Shown here: positions 38,271-52,214 of the stretch, piece after piece
Layout of the letters: each line of letters opens with the position of its first letter
How positions within the stretch are numbered: the first letter of the stretch is position 1
Assembly: GCA_013265495.1 (NCBI GenBank)
Contig: MU061578.1
Location: forward strand, 195,308-259,307
DNA length: 64,000 nucleotides
Source of the DNA: Vicugna vicugna
Taxonomy: Eukaryota
Direction of reading: 5' to 3'
Notes under the pieces: generated by a model
Told to the model about the DNA's origin: nothing
What the model saw: only the letters and a program-made list of their open reading frames with translations
Database searches by the model: none
Program-made: the position numbers and the translations under genes

Positions 38271-38799
38271 CAGTTACCTTGTAGAAAAGTTAATCCCAGT
38301 TTTCTTCCTCTAGGAAGCCTGCCAGGACTGTCCCAGTATTTGTTGATTTTCCTTACTCTAAGATTTTCTGCATTTATAGTTAACAGTGCTTCATTATTTG
38401 ATTCAATTTTCTTTCTAATTCCTTCATATGTGATTGTCTGAGATGATCTGATCTTCCTCTCCTTTGTTTTGAGATGGACATGGAGAAGGTTCTCAGAAAA
38501 TGTCTGCTTGACTAAGAGAAATCTCTGCTTGACCTGGGTGGGGAGTAGGAAACAGCTCTGGAGCCTCTAGAAGACAGAGGGGAAAGGGAGCAGGCAGGTG
38601 AGTTTTCCTGCATTCATGCCTTGGGGCTTCCATTTCTGGGCAAATAGTGAGTTAAGAGGAGAGAACATTCTAATATTTTCCAAACCAGTAAAATCTTGAA
38701 TGATACTCAAAGGTAGTGCAGGGTCCATCTCTCTTCCTCCTTAGATGAGAAAATAGGAAAAGACTGAGGGAAATGAAACAGATGAGAGGGATACACAAA

Positions 38800-38990
38800 T
38801 ACTTCAACATTTGTATTCCAGGTTATTTTCTTATCCATCAGCTCATTTAATCCTCACAATATGTCAATGAGTTTGGTGATGTTATTCCCACTTCACAGAT
38901 GAGATAATTGAGGCTCAGAGACACTAAGCAATTGGCTGAAAACACATAGCCAGCAAAAAGCACAGCTAGGGCTTCAATCTGGGTCTTCTG
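38800..38990 (-). mobile_element. MIR SINE
   Basis: 'ctcatttaatcctcacaa...cacagatgagataattgaggctcagaga'. Confidence 0.85.
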
Positions 38991-39169
38991 TGCTTTTTTT
39001 TCCCTACTGCATGCATGATTTTAGAATAAATCTTCCATCTTCCCCAATGGGGTCTCCATCTCTCAAGTCTCTATCTTTAATAATCCACTAGAATTCACCG
39101 GTGGTAGAGGCAGTATCTTTTTACCTTTTCTGTCTGTGTGCTGAGATTCAGAAGAGGTACCTCTAGGTC

Positions 39170-39460
39170 CCACAGAACTCTGTTGTAAACTCTGCCATTA
39201 TAAGCTTAATTAAATTAATTTTCTTGTATGAAGGGGCTGCTGGGAGCAGGGCTCCATGAGGCTCTTCAACTTTCACATAGAGGGGAAAGTTTTTCTGCGC
39301 TCCCTCTCCTGAGGCTGCATGAAAAATGCATGACAGAAGTTGGATTTCCAGCGCTTGCGGCAATGGCATCTTCATGCAATTAAACCTTTTAAAGTTTAAA
39401 AGTCTTCTCTTCCCCTTCCCTAGCTGCATGCAGGAAACAATGCAAACAAGGGAGTTTTAA
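39170..39460. promoter_or_regulatory. Candidate conserved non-coding element
   Basis: Repeat-free; TAATtaaATTA P3 homeodomain palindrome at 39207-39217. Confidence 0.35.
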
Positions 39461-39847
39461 AGTGAGATGGGCAGAGTTTTAACTCACCCCTACTTGGTCA
39501 GCAAAGTGCCCTGGAGATGAAATGAAGAACTCCCACCATAGAAGCCTGGTGATTACATTCAAGGAAGAACAATGCTTGAGGGAAAGGACAGATAGTCAAG
39601 ACAACTGGAGGAAGCATGATGCAGCAGAACTGCTTAGAGAGTTGCTGTTCATGGGATGGAGCTTACAGTACGCCTGTCCATGTGCATATTGTGAGGATTC
39701 CCAAGAGAATAGCTGGTGCATAGTAAATGCTCAATGAATGATTTTACTAATGATACCTAGTGGTATTAATTGCTTGTAATATGCCAGATACTATGCTAAA
39801 TCAAATTAACTAAATTCTTACATCAACTTCTGAGGTACATGTAACAT

Positions 39848-40057
39848 TGTAGTGCATTCAATGGTGATCCCCCAAAGATATATACACTTAGCACCCGTGA
39901 ATGTCAACTTATTTGGAAAAAGAGTCTTTGCAGATGTAATTAAGTCAAGGATCTCAAGATGAGATCATCTTAGATTCTCTGGGTGGGTCCTATATTAAAT
40001 AACACGTATCCTTATAAGGAGAGGTGAAGACATAGACTGAAGAGAGGAGACATACGG
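39848..40057 (+). mobile_element. MaLR MLT1B/C-like LTR, 5' part
   Basis: 'gtgaatgtcaacttatttggaaaaagagtctttgcagatgtaattaagt..aggatctcaagatgagatcatc'. Confidence 0.85.
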
Positions 40058-40837
40058 AGCTGGTAAAACAAAGATGACAGTCCAGTGGGAGAGGCCAATG
40101 TGCAAGCAAATCTACAGCAATGTGCCAATGTTGTTACTGACGTGTGCACAGAATACCATGAGGGCAAGGAAGGAGGGAGACCCCAGAGTGGGAGCTTCAA
40201 GGGAGCAGATTGTATTTTCAGTATCATTATAGCCCTCTTCCCAAGACAGCGGAGGTCTCTGTACATGATAGAAGCTCTACAAACTTTTGTTGAATAAACA
40301 TATAAAGCACTTTACCTACTGGACTCTGTGAAGTCTTCCCCTAAGAGTTGAGTTCTGCACTGAGACTTACAGGATGAAAAAGACAGAAGACAAGAGGGAG
40401 TGGGGCCTTTTTCCAGAGAACAACCTTTTCAAAGTCTGGGCTGCAAGAGAGAGCACGAAGCATTTGAGGATCTTCATGTAGCTTGGTCTGTCTCCGTGGG
40501 ATGTCAGCAAGAAGAGATGAAAGATGAAATGGTCCAAAGCCAGATCCCAAAGGGCCTTCTAAGCTGTGTCAGAGATCTTGAATGTGATCCTAGGGGCGAT
40601 GGGAGCCACCAGAGAATTTGGCCCTTGCCTCCTCCTCAGACTCTCTGTACCACTCTCCACCCCATCCCTGACTCTTTCCACTCCAGCCTCAGACAGGCTT
40701 TTGTGAATGATCACTCTCCTTCCAGCTCTACATACTCTTCATATGCTTTTCTCTATGTGAAGTTTTCTCACATATATGTATATATATATATTTTTTAATT
40801 GACTCATATTCTTGCGGGGACTAATGAAGGACTACTA

Positions 40838-41166
40838 TAGCTGTCCTTCAGTTTCCATGGGAGACTGGTTCCAGGAGCACCACCCACTGCCACCCCGTGT
40901 ATACCAAATCTGCTGATGCTCAAGTCCCTTATATAAAATGGCACTGTATTTGCATATAACTTATGCACACCCTTCTGTATCCTTTAAATAATTTCTACAT
41001 TACTTATAATACCTAGTACGACATAAATGCTATGTTAATAGTTGCTGTTGTGCAGCAAATTCAAGTTTTGCTTTTTGGAACTTTCTGGAATTCGTTTTCA
41101 GAGTATTTGCAATCTGTGGTTGGTTGAATCATGAGTGTGGAACCAACAGATACATAGGACCAACTA
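40838..41166. mobile_element. TcMar-Tigger MER2-like DNA transposon
   Basis: 'tggttccagga...gatgctcaagtcccttatataaaatggc..tatttgcatataac...gttggttgaatc'; TA on both sides. Confidence 0.9.
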
Positions 41167-41205
41167 TACTGTCTTTCATACTAAATCATAAGCTCTGTAA
41201 GGTTG

Positions 41206-41595
41206 TGCATTAGTTTTCCAAGGCTGCTACAACAAAGTACCGCAGACAGGGTGGTTTAAACGACAGAAATGTATTTTCTCACAGGTCAGGAGGCTAGAAG
41301 TCAAAGATCAAGGTGTCAGCAGGGTTGGTTTCTTCTGAGACCTCTCTCTTTGGCTCGTAGATGGCTGTCTTCTCCCTGTGTCCTCACAATGTCTTCCCTC
41401 TGTATGTCTGTATCCAAATTTCCTTCTTATAAGGGCACAACTCTTATTGAGTTAGGACCCCACCCACCCCCATCCCCGGTGACCTATTTTAGCTTAGTTA
41501 CACCTTTGAAGACCCTATCTCCAAATACAGTCACCTTCTGAGTTTAGGAGTTCAACAAGTTAATTTGGGGGGGGGTCATAATTTAGCCGATAACA
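41206..41595 (-). mobile_element. MaLR MLT1B-like solo LTR
   Basis: 'attagttttccaaggctgctacaacaaagtacc...ggaggctagaagtc...gaccctatctccaaatacagtcac...taaca'. Confidence 0.9.
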
Positions 41596-43739
41596 AATTG
41601 TGTCTGTCCCTTCTTCTGCAATTTCTTCTCCCAGTGCCAAGCATAGTGCCTGGCAGAGAGTAGGTGCTAAATAAACATTTGAGGAAGGCAGAAGGTGCAG
41701 CCACAGCAGCTCTGAGGAAATGGCCTTGAGGGATGTTTCAGAGTAGGGGGGGGCAACGGCAGGGAGACAGCGGTAATGTTACAGCTCTTACGATAAGAGG
41801 TGATAATGGGATATATTGGGACAGAGGCAGTGGGGGCTGAGGAAACAGTGTGGATTTGAGAGAGCCTATAGGGGCAGGTAAATTGAACATGGCGATTGGT
41901 TGCAGAGTGTGGGAGAAATGGGGGTGTGGCATTGATTCTGTTTAATTGTCACCATGTGTAATCAGCTTGTGGGTGCTTGCTGCACCCACAGTGATGTATA
42001 TGGGGAACTGAGATAACGTTATCTGCCTACTGGGTCTTAGTTCACAGGCAACGCTCTGTTTCTAGTCTTTACAGTTCCAGCAAAGCAGAAGCCCCCCTTC
42101 ACTTACTCCTTTCCTTCCCCGCTTCCAGCTTCCCTTTCTTAAAACGAGAGACTATTACCTGCTGGTAGTTCATCTTAAGCCACTAAGGGTGAAGCTGTTG
42201 GGCTCCGGAGCATTTTATTCTAGGCGAACGGGAGGATAAAAGATGAATGCCAGGGAACATGAGTTCATGGGATTTAAGTAAGAAGTAACTAGACCCTAAA
42301 ATTTAGACCTCAGAGCAGAGGCAGGGAATCTGAACTCCGAGGCTGTCACAGCCGACCTAAGACTTTCAGTCATATCTTGTTAGGCCTAATCTTACTTCCC
42401 CCGATCACACTGGAGTCTACACGAGCTGACTCAGAAATGTGGGGACTGCAAGCTGAAGATTAGGAGTGGAGCTGAATGCCATATTCACCTTTCACAAGCT
42501 TTGCTGCTCCAGACGCTTATAAAATAATTTTAGCCTTTATCTAAAGGCAGAAGGGCTTTTCTCCCCCCAGCTAGTGTTGTGGCTTTTTCTTTTTCTTTTC
42601 TTCCCCCCTTTCCACCTAATAAAATCCTCAGTGCGGTGCAGTGCTCGCCGGTGTAATCAGAGCTGTGCAGACTGCTCTCCGAGCTTGTTTCCCAGGCTGC
42701 ACTGCGGAGGCTCAGTGGAGGAAGGGATAAAACTTTGGGAAGTCATGATGTCTCAAACACCAGCTGGTTCCCGGAGGTCATACCCTAACTGAGATCCTTC
42801 TGCCCTCTGTGCACCCCCAGAAAAGAAGTCTGGCTTATTTACCATTTTAGAAAGTTAGACCTTTTCAAAGAGATGCCCCAGGCAAAACATCCTTTCTTTC
42901 CCGTTTCTCTGAAACTAATGACTCTTCTCAGAAAGTTTTGACAGTGAGAGTTGTTCCGACAGCTGAGGGAGGTTGCTGGAAGCCACGCTGGCACACAGCC
43001 CGCAGAAATAAGCTGGTCTGTGTGCTGCTGGCTCGGGGATGCCTGATTCTAAAATACATCCAGTTTGACTTTCTGGGATAGAAATGGGAATGCAGGAAAA
43101 ATGCCTGAGTTGGGGAAGTCTCTGGATTGGTGCCATACTCTAGAAGTCAGATAATGGATGAGGGTTTAACTTCTAGGCTCCTTGAATTACTGCAACAATA
43201 ACAGCAGTCATAATGAAGTCTGAGATTTAAAAGAAGACGAGACGACATTACTTGCACGCACATCTCCTCAAATCCTTAGACTGATGACAATAGGTAAATG
43301 GTTTAATGCTTACTTTTATTTTTGAGGCAAAAGGAGGCTTGGAGAGAATTATGTGAACAGGTTTTAGAGGTTATGTCCCATCTGGAAGTCAAACTCAGGT
43401 CTTTCTAGCTCTAGCTGTGTCATGCTGGCTATCATTGACTCCTGAGGGCGCTGGATAGGTAAGGTGGACGCATGGGATGAGCTGGAGATGGAGAATGTAA
43501 TTCCAAAAAAAACTGTGACCCTGTCTCATGGACAAAGCAATGACTAAACAGATGCTCCTAGGATAAGGAAAGATATTATGAATCCCTAGTAACCTATTCC
43601 ACAGCCATTATTTCCTTGGTTTTCACAATAATCTGGTGAGTGAATGAGGGCAGAAATTTATAGTAACCCTCTTTTTGACTTTGAGGAGACTGAGTTTTGA
43701 GAGTTTATGAGACTCAAGAAAGAGTATAATGCTTATAAG

Positions 43740-43915
43740 TTGTGAAGCTGCCAAATGTCCAAGACCTGTTGCAATAGAAAACCGAGGGTGCTATTGAAAA
43801 GACAAACTCCTGGGCTCCATATCAGACCCATTTAATACAAATATATAGATTTTACAAGAATTCCTCCAGGGGATCCTAATGCAACTGGTCTGTGGCTAGA
43901 TGGTTGAAACTAATT
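43740..43915. mobile_element. hAT-Charlie MER5A-like
   Basis: 'ctcctgggctccatatcagacc...ttttacaag..tcctccaggggatcctaatgca...ggttgaaac'. Confidence 0.55.
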
Positions 43916-44229
43916 CATCAGACTCTGCTTCTTACATTGAGTTTCAAATAAGCCTCACTAAGTATGGTGTAAATCCTCACTCTCTCAGCTCCACTGGGGA
44001 TCCCAACATGTCTCATGAAGTCTAGTCTACATTTCTCTATCTATGATGGTACCCGATACCTGAGATGTACTCAGTCAACCTTTGGATACTTGAATTAATA
44101 AAAAAATTTTTTTCCCATTAACATGGGATGTGACTACTGACAAAATAAACTCAAGCCTTCTGATGCTTCCACAAGATGAATGATTCCAATGATAGCTAGG
44201 TGACAGCATGCAACTACAAACATGACTAT

Positions 44230-44840
44230 ATTATTGTAGTAATAAATTCATGCCGTATAGATTAAATTCCTCTTGACCATCCTTGTCTGCTGGTCCAATC
44301 TGCTCCCAGAGGTAAAGATTGTGATCAGTTTCAAGAGTACCATTTAAGAGTATGTCTTTCCATTTAAATATGAAGATGTACATATAGAATGATATATTTT
44401 TGTGTGTATACACCAATCTTTATAAGTATAGTCAAAAGCACACTACATGTATTAGTTTACAACTTGCTTTTCCCCTCAATGAGGTATCTTTTCATGCCAG
44501 TTCATCTAGACTCATCACATTCTGTTACATGGCTGCATAGTATCGGAAAGATAAACTCTATTTAAAAAGCCTCTCTTGGTGGACATTCAGGTTGTCTCCA
44601 ATTTTTAGAAATGAATGTCCTCCTATTTTGCACTTTATGTAAGTTTCTCCCCAAGGTGGAATATAGAAGCTAATTGGCTAGGTCACAGGTATGTTTGTAT
44701 TAAAATTTTTATATATAATCTGAGATTTCCTCCCTAATGGCATTACCAGTTTTAAACCCCCCTTCTCCTAGTAGTGTCTGAAAATACCCATTTCTTACAA
44801 CACACCAACATTTGATATTGTCAGACTTTTAAGTTTTGAG
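44230..44840 (-). mobile_element. Old L1ME-like fragment
   Basis: 'atggctgcatagtat', 'gtggacattcaggttgtctccaatttt', 'caccaacatttgatattgtcagacttt'. Confidence 0.7.
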
Positions 44841-45169
44841 ATTTGTGATTTTAAGGGATGATTGAGGGTTTTACAAAGGCTTCTCTGGGTAAGAACTTTC
44901 CACTTGCTTCTAGAGAGCTTTCTGGGAGGAGAGTGTGTCCAGAACATCTCCCCACCATGCCATGTCTGATTCTATAGCATCTCCATGTGAGTTACTGGCA
45001 TCATCTGTGTCAGGGATGAACTCCCTTCCCAGTTTGCTTTGTCTTTTCACACCTTCTGAGAAGAGACCTGCTAATCTTACTTGACTTGAAGGTGGAGGAA
45101 GGCATCCGTATATTGCACCTTTGCAAGCATGTACATGTTGCAGCCTATGCCCATGTTTCCTGAACCCAG

Positions 45170-45360
45170 CTGGTGTTTGTAATCACCTGAGGAGCTTAAA
45201 ACAAAACCAAAAACAAACATCCTCCTTCATCTTCCCAGGCAGTGATCCAGATAAACAGAATCAAAGTCTCAGAGATGGGTCAAGGAATCTGTACTTCTAA
45301 AAGCTTCCCATGTGATTCTGGTGCAGCTGGTTTGTGAACTGCTAGTTTTAGAGCTACTGA
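45170..45360. mobile_element. hAT-Charlie MER5-like
   Basis: 'aatcacctgaggagctt...gaatcaaagtctc...caaggaatctgtacttctaaaagcttcccatgtgattctg'. Confidence 0.65.
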
Positions 45361-46147
45361 TATAAGTGAAAGTGGAACATCAGTTACAGCCCATTATATA
45401 AAATGCATGGAGTAGGGAAGCTTTGCAGCCAGGAATACCTGAGTTCAGTTCTCTGGTCAGCCTCTTCCCAATCTGGTGGACTTAGGCAGGTCCCTCTAAA
45501 TCTCCAGTGGTTGTTCCAAATAGTTGTAGTTGATATTTAACATGAACCACTGATTTATATCCAGCCATCCAAATTAAAATAGAGTCAGAACAAATCACAC
45601 AGTTCTCGTCTGTTTCCATGGTATCCCCACTCCAAGCTGAGGCACTGGTAAGTTATCTTCCCTGTCATCCTACCATCTGTGAAATCTGAACCTGGATAAT
45701 AAAGCACTCAGGTCTCCAAGTAACAGATGTAGATTCAGGTCTGCTAGTTGAGAAGTGATCAGCCGTGGCAGACAAGAAGGAGCAAGTGGAAGTGGGGACA
45801 CAGCATAGAGTATGCAGCCTAGGGGTTAATCGACAAGACTTGGAATCGAAAGACCAAAGACCTATCAACTATCAACTTTGGGACTTCATGCCACAATTTC
45901 CACATCTGTCAGATGGGATGATGATGACTACACTGGAGTATGGTTGTGAAGATTAAAGTAGATAATTCATACAAAACACTGTATCTGGCATAAAATGTGT
46001 TGTGATTATGATGATGATGATACAGGGGTCAAGCTTTCAAAACTCTGGGGATAAATCAGAAGAAAAGAGAAATCAACGTGTAAGATGGGCTGGCTGAGTT
46101 TGAGGAAAGGGTTAGCACAACATTTAGATGGAGTTCAGAAATAGTGC

Positions 46148-46815
46148 TGTATTAGTTTCTTGTTGCTGCTGTAACAAAAGACCATAAGCTCAGTGGCTTA
46201 AAACAACACAAATTATTATCTTATAGTTGTGGAGGTCAGAAGTCCAAAATGGCTTCACTAGGCTAAAATAAAGATATTGGTAGGGCTCCATTCCTCCTGG
46301 AGGCTCTAGAGGAGAGCCCACTTTCCTGTTTTTTCCAGATTCTAGAGGCTGCCTGCATCCTTGGCTTGTGGCCCCTTCTTCCATCTTCAGAGCCAGGAGT
46401 GTAAAAAAATATCACCTCTACAAGTTTTCTTATGTCTCCCTCCCCCCGCTTTTTTAACCTTGATTGTGGTGAAGTTCTCATGGTGTATGCCTATGTCCAA
46501 ACTCGTCAATGTGTATACATTAAATATGCACATTTTTGGTATATCAATTATACTTCATGAAGCTGTGGGAAAAAAAAATCCAGCAACGTAGCATCTTCCC
46601 ATCTCTTTGACTCTCTTTTCTCTCTCTTTCATTTATAAGGAACCCTGTGATTACACTGGATCCATCTAGGTAATCCAGGATAATGTTCCCATCTCAAGAC
46701 CCTTAACTTAATCACACCTGAAAAATCCCCTTTGCCATGTAAGGTAACTAGTCAGTCACAGGTTCTGGGGATTAGGATATGTAAAGGTTTGGGGGACATT
46801 ATTCTGTTTATCACA
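46148..46815 (-). mobile_element. MaLR MLT1C-like solo LTR with an L1 3'-end insertion (~46404-46579)
   Basis: 'tgtattagtttc...ggaggctctagaggaga...taatccaggataat...ggttctggggattagga...tcaca'; insert ends 'caattatacttcatgaagctgtgggaaaaaaaaa'. Confidence 0.85.
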
Positions 46816-47707
46816 AGGATCAAGAATAGGCACTTGAGTTCTAGGAGATGACAAAAATATACACAGAGAGTAAGAGCATGCAAAGAAAAAATTTTCAGGA
46901 TTTAAACATTCACTCATTTACTGAGACCCTAAAATTGAAGAGTAGTTATGAGTAGAATAAAACTAAGCATTTCTTACATTCTTATTTGGTTTTATTCTAT
47001 TCCTTTATTTGACAAACATCTATGTTCCGGGCACTGAGCTATGCACCGAAGTCCTCACAGTTCAATGGGAACAAGAGACAGACCAGTGTGGGTGCAATAG
47101 CATGGGGGCTCTTATAAGGCAGCTGGGCCATGGATACACTCTGAGAACAGGGATTGTTTATTTGGGAGTGGGTCAGAGTTTAGCAAAACCTTTCCAGTGA
47201 AGATAAAAATTCAGCGGACTCTCAAAGGACGACAAGAAAGTAATTTGTTCAGGAAAAACAAAAGAACAAAAAGATACCCCCCTACCTCTCAGTACACCAC
47301 CAAGTCTATGCACGCCCCTCGTTACCACCTGGATCTGGGCTCAAAGAAGATACACATGTCTGTAAAGGAAGTAAAGTGAGGCCTCCTTAAGTCTCAGAAA
47401 CCTTTCTCCTGCCAAAGAAACCTTTTCTCCAGTCACATTTACAATGGGACAAGGAAATACCAAGACACATTCAAAGGATTGTCTGGGTTCTCCACTTACT
47501 CTTAGTTTTAATGAGAATTCCCCTTGATTTAGCCTTTTTCCAGGATTAAAAGCCATTTGCACTTCCTTTTCTGTGAATTATGTGATCACAGCCTTTTCTT
47601 ATTGATTTGTAGGTGCTGTTTATATACTAAATGAAGTAATCTTTTATCATTTGGGTTGTTTGTTTTTTATTTTGTTTTTACAGTTTATGACAGATGGATT
47701 TTCTTTT

Positions 47708-47760
47708 TTCCTTCCTTCCTTCCTTCCTTCCTTCCTTCCTTCCTTCCTTCCTTCCTTCCT
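47708..47760 (+). repeat. (TTCC)n microsatellite
   Basis: About 13 perfect TTCC units. Confidence 0.97.
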
Positions 47761-49379
47761 TTCTTGCTTGCTTGTTTGAAGGCTTGAAAATTTCACAACT
47801 TGAAAATAATGCATGCCCTTTGGATTTCCTCTCACAATTAAGAATTAAAATATTTATTGTGAGTTTTTTTCTCACAATAAATATTTGTTGAACCCTAGAC
47901 TCGGAGCTCTACCTCTGAAGTGTCTGTGGCAATCTGCCGTCGCAGATGGAAAAAAATAACAACAGTGATGATTGGCGAGTTTTCCTGGTAACGAGACAGA
48001 GAGCAACTCGGGGGCAGAAACTATGTTTTATTCCTCGGCAAGCCCTGTCAGGAGTCATTTTGGTATTTATAATGGTGTATGACTATGGGCTCCAGAACCA
48101 GAAAATCTGTGTTTAAAACCTCACTCTGCCACTTCCTAGCTGTATCACTGTGGGTGCCATGCTTTGTCACCCTGTGCTCTAGCTTCCCCACCCTACAATG
48201 AGGACGATGGTAGTGTGATCCTCCTTGGGTTGTTGATGAGGACTCATCAAGTTCAACCATCACTCAGGACCGTATTTCTCAAATGTAGTAAAACTTAATA
48301 CTTGTTGGCTGTCATGGCTATCCACCATTTCTGCCACAAAACAGATGTTTGGCAAATGTGAAGTGAGTGAAGTTTGTGTGCAGTGTTTGCTAACAGAGAT
48401 AACAAGATAATACAATAACAAGGTAATAAGATAACATCCGCATGGTGTTCTTTTTCCTTCATTTTCTAGCTATTGAATTAGACTCAAAGAGGTCAAGTAA
48501 CTTATCTAAGGTGACAGAAGGGATTAATACTGCTCAACTCTACAGCTGGAATTTACATGTCTGAACTTTTCATCCAGAATGATCCACCCCAGAAGAGTAA
48601 GGGGAGGATATTGGGGGTGTGGTTGAGGGCTTGGGGGATGGGATTCTGGGGTATATGCAGCCTTCTGTCCATTTCCACACAAACACCAGAGCAGGCACCA
48701 GCCACAATCCACTACACCTTGACTAATGAGGCCACAGGAACTAGAACCCCAGTTTCCCATAACCTTGAGAAGGCAGGCAAAGCTCTTTCCCAGGGCGCTC
48801 ATCCTTTCCCTTAAGGAAAAACACCTGAAACGAAGTGAGATTCCTTTTCAGAGCCCCAGATGGCTTGAAGGGAAAAAAAAAAAAAGAGGAAAATTTATGA
48901 AAGTCACAAGCAGCCCTTGGAATTCGGCCATGTGGCAGGGTAGAGCATAAATGCCTTTTCTTCTCTTGACAAAGAGAGAGGAAGAAAACTTGTGGTCTAC
49001 TCAGGGCAGGACACAGGTAAAGGCGACTGACGAACTCTTCTTCAACTTTGATAGTTACTGATTCAACACTCAATCTCCTAGTTTCTGGGGTCTGGAGAAG
49101 AGTGTGTTCTCCCCGCAACCCCTCATAGCAGCAGAAACCTCCAGAGAGTTGTGTTTTTCAAGGTCAGAGAGCCAACCCTGGACCCCACAGAGAAAAGGTC
49201 TTCAGAAGGGAAAATGAACATTGCACTTTGGGCATATTTTGGTTTTAGACTCTAGAAAGGCCCTGAGCTGCCCAACTCTCCTTCCCTCTTAAGACAGAAT
49301 TGTTAAACCATGATTTCTTGAGCTGTCAGAGATTTTAAATGTTTTTATTTAGTCACCAAGTGCTTACTAACCTCCTTAC

Positions 49380-49885
49380 CATGGTTTGGTAGCTCTGTGA
49401 TTTACTCCAATTTTATCTGCATTGCACTGACCCAGAATTGGCCAATCAGGGCACCCCATCCCCAGGCCACAATAAATGGTTGAAGGAGGGGGCATGTCAC
49501 TCAAACTAAGCCAACAGAATCCTGTCCTGGGCAAGATGTATGGATGTTGAATATTATGCCTTTTTCTTTTTTCCTGCTAGAATTGATAAACTGGGAGAAT
49601 ATGGATTTGGGAATCTGAGAGTGATCCCCCCCAGCATTTGGACACAGGTCTTCTGAAGAACAAAGTTAAGCAAAGATGAAAGATGGATGAGGGGAAAACC
49701 CACTGGTGCTTTGAACCATCCTTCTAGTCTTTGAGACCCTGCTTCCTGAAGCTATTTCTTCTAGTTTTGCACCTATCTTAGTATTTTTTCAGCTTAGGTA
49801 AACACATTTCTCCTCTTTCTTTTTGGATTAACCTAGTTTGAGTTTAGTTTTTGTCATTTGCAACCAAAATACTCCTGGCTAATAA
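49380..49885 (+). mobile_element. MaLR MLT1K/J-like LTR
   Basis: 'ggccaatcagggcaccccatccccaggccaca...gggcatgt...ctagtttgagtt..tttttgtcatttgcaaccaaaa..tcctggctaata'. Confidence 0.7.
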
Positions 49886-52214
49886 TCATGGCTAATAAGG
49901 CTGGGCATGACTAGATTTCTGCTAATCTCTGCATTCTCATATCCTCTACTTTTTGCAGTCCCCTAACATGCATGCATCAGTCCTTTTCTTGATCTGGCAA
50001 AGTCAAACTCAAGATCCAGTTATCACTTTGCTATAATCTCCTCTGAGAAGTTTTCTCTGAACACCCAGCATGATGGGGTCCCACCTCTACCCTGTCACAG
50101 CATGTGATACTCATCTCTAACACCTAATTACAACTTACCTGCTCTTTTGCTTTATCTTACTCTAAACTGCAAGATCCTGGAAGATGGGGAGTGACCATGG
50201 TTCATCGTTGCATCCTCAGTACCCACTGCAAAGCATGACATTCGATAGGAGCATGATGAGTGGAATTGAATGAATGGGGGGACTGAGTCCCACCCATGTG
50301 CAGGGCTGAGCAAGTGTATGAGAAAAGATGGGAGGGAATAAACTTTGACAGAGCATCTACTCTCTGTTGGGAATAATAGTAGATACTCAGCAATTGTGTT
50401 TCTTTCCTTTCTCCCATTGATTGTTATCTTTATTCACTTTATTCAGCCTAATAACATTATGCCTCTTGTCTGGGTTACACAGCTGGTGTGTAGAAGATAA
50501 AGAATTTGAACTCATATTTGTGAGACTCCATAGTCTGTTTGTTTTGCTTTTTAAAGAAAAACATTCAATGGAACAATAGATTGAAGTTTGCTAGAAGAAA
50601 CAAGCATGACAACATAAACCAAGCATCATAATAGGAAATGACAAGCGGGACCCAAATGAAAGAGGTGTGTACCAAGTGATGTGGAGACACTGAGTCGAGA
50701 GACATTCTACTCAGTCTTAGGTTCATTTTGCTGCCTCAGTGAGAAATGTGTTTTCGATGATTATGAAGAATTGCCTAATTGAAAGAAGATCCTAAAGCTG
50801 GGATGGATAACAGAACATGAAGAGTTTCCCTGCAAGAATGAATGGGACTTCACATTTGGTGGGGAGGTTGTAGAAAGAGTTGAAGAGCTCTTCCAACCTG
50901 AACATTGATAATCGATTAACTGTGGTTCATTGGAGGTTCTTCTTGGCCTCTGGGCCAAAAAATCAGGCATTAAGGCTCAGGATGAGGGCATAGAGATGAG
51001 GTGCATGTTCTTGGTGGTCACTTCAGGGAGCCTAGACGGCCATGATTCTGTATCCTGGAGGATAGGGTGTGGTCAGCTGATGAATGGAGCATGACCTTGG
51101 GCTGGGAGTGGGCTTGAGGAAGAAGGCAGTGGTCCTCTGGGAAGAGAGCCTTGTAGAAGAGGGCCTTGTAGGGAACCCTAGTAGTTGTGGAAGCCTCTTA
51201 AATGTTCTGCAGCTCTATGCAAGGAGCCCTTATTTGCTGCAAACTGTATGGTGCTTAAGCACCTCTTAATTCTCCTGGAGCTAATCTAGCATAACTAGGT
51301 GTCTATTAGGGATATGTGTGTTGAGTAGCATGGTGGGCAGAGACAAAGAGAAATGGGGTGCCAAAAAAGCCCCATTTGAAAGGAAGAAAGGGTATTCAGC
51401 TATAGAAAACAAAGTCCATCTGCTGGGTAAGAAGCTGTTTTTCAAAAATCCATACGGGATTCAAAAAAGCATACAGGAGAAGTCTAGCCTGGAGCCATAT
51501 GCCTTCTGTCTTTTATCCTGCTGCATTTTCCATCATCCTTGCCAGCATCATCTTTATTGTACAGGTGAGGAAACTGCAACTTAGGCTAAGAAATGCACCC
51601 AAGCAGACAGTGAAAGATAAGATGGGGAAGATGATACAAGAGCTTTAGGGTCGATGAAGAATTTTAGATATCCTGTTAAATGCAAAGGGGAACTGTTGAT
51701 GAGCCCTGAGCAGTGGGTTGATAAAGTGTTGCCTTGGCTGCTGTGTGGTAATGAAATAGAACAGGGAATGGGTGGAAGCACAGACCAGTCAAAGAGCTAT
51801 TCAGAGTGGCTTGGATTAGCATAGTTGCAGTAAAGGGGTTTTAGATATATTTTGAAGACACACTGCTTATGGGAGATGCTTCCCAACTGAAGAGTACTCT
51901 GGAGTTATTCACTGAGTGAATAAAGTGGGCACTGCAGAAGGGTCATCCTTTGATGGCTGGACAGAGTCATGGGATGTACTGGGGGTCCGCCTTGAGTCTC
52001 CTGTGCAGACAGTATGTGGTCTTCATTATCCGAGGAGATGCTTCTCTACAAGGGATCCTCCCAGCCTACAAAAAGGTCCTAAATTTTCAAGGATGGAAAC
52101 TGGCCACATGCATATGTCATCTCTCTACTTCAGTGCCTTACAGACCCCAAATCCTTTCTAGAATAGGAAGAACAAGCAGAAGAGGGTATGATGGTTTGGG
52201 AGACCAGTATGGGA

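Noticed and set aside
47647..47891. ORFs with RKEG / LPSF repeats
   Set aside because: Translations of the (TTCC)n microsatellite.
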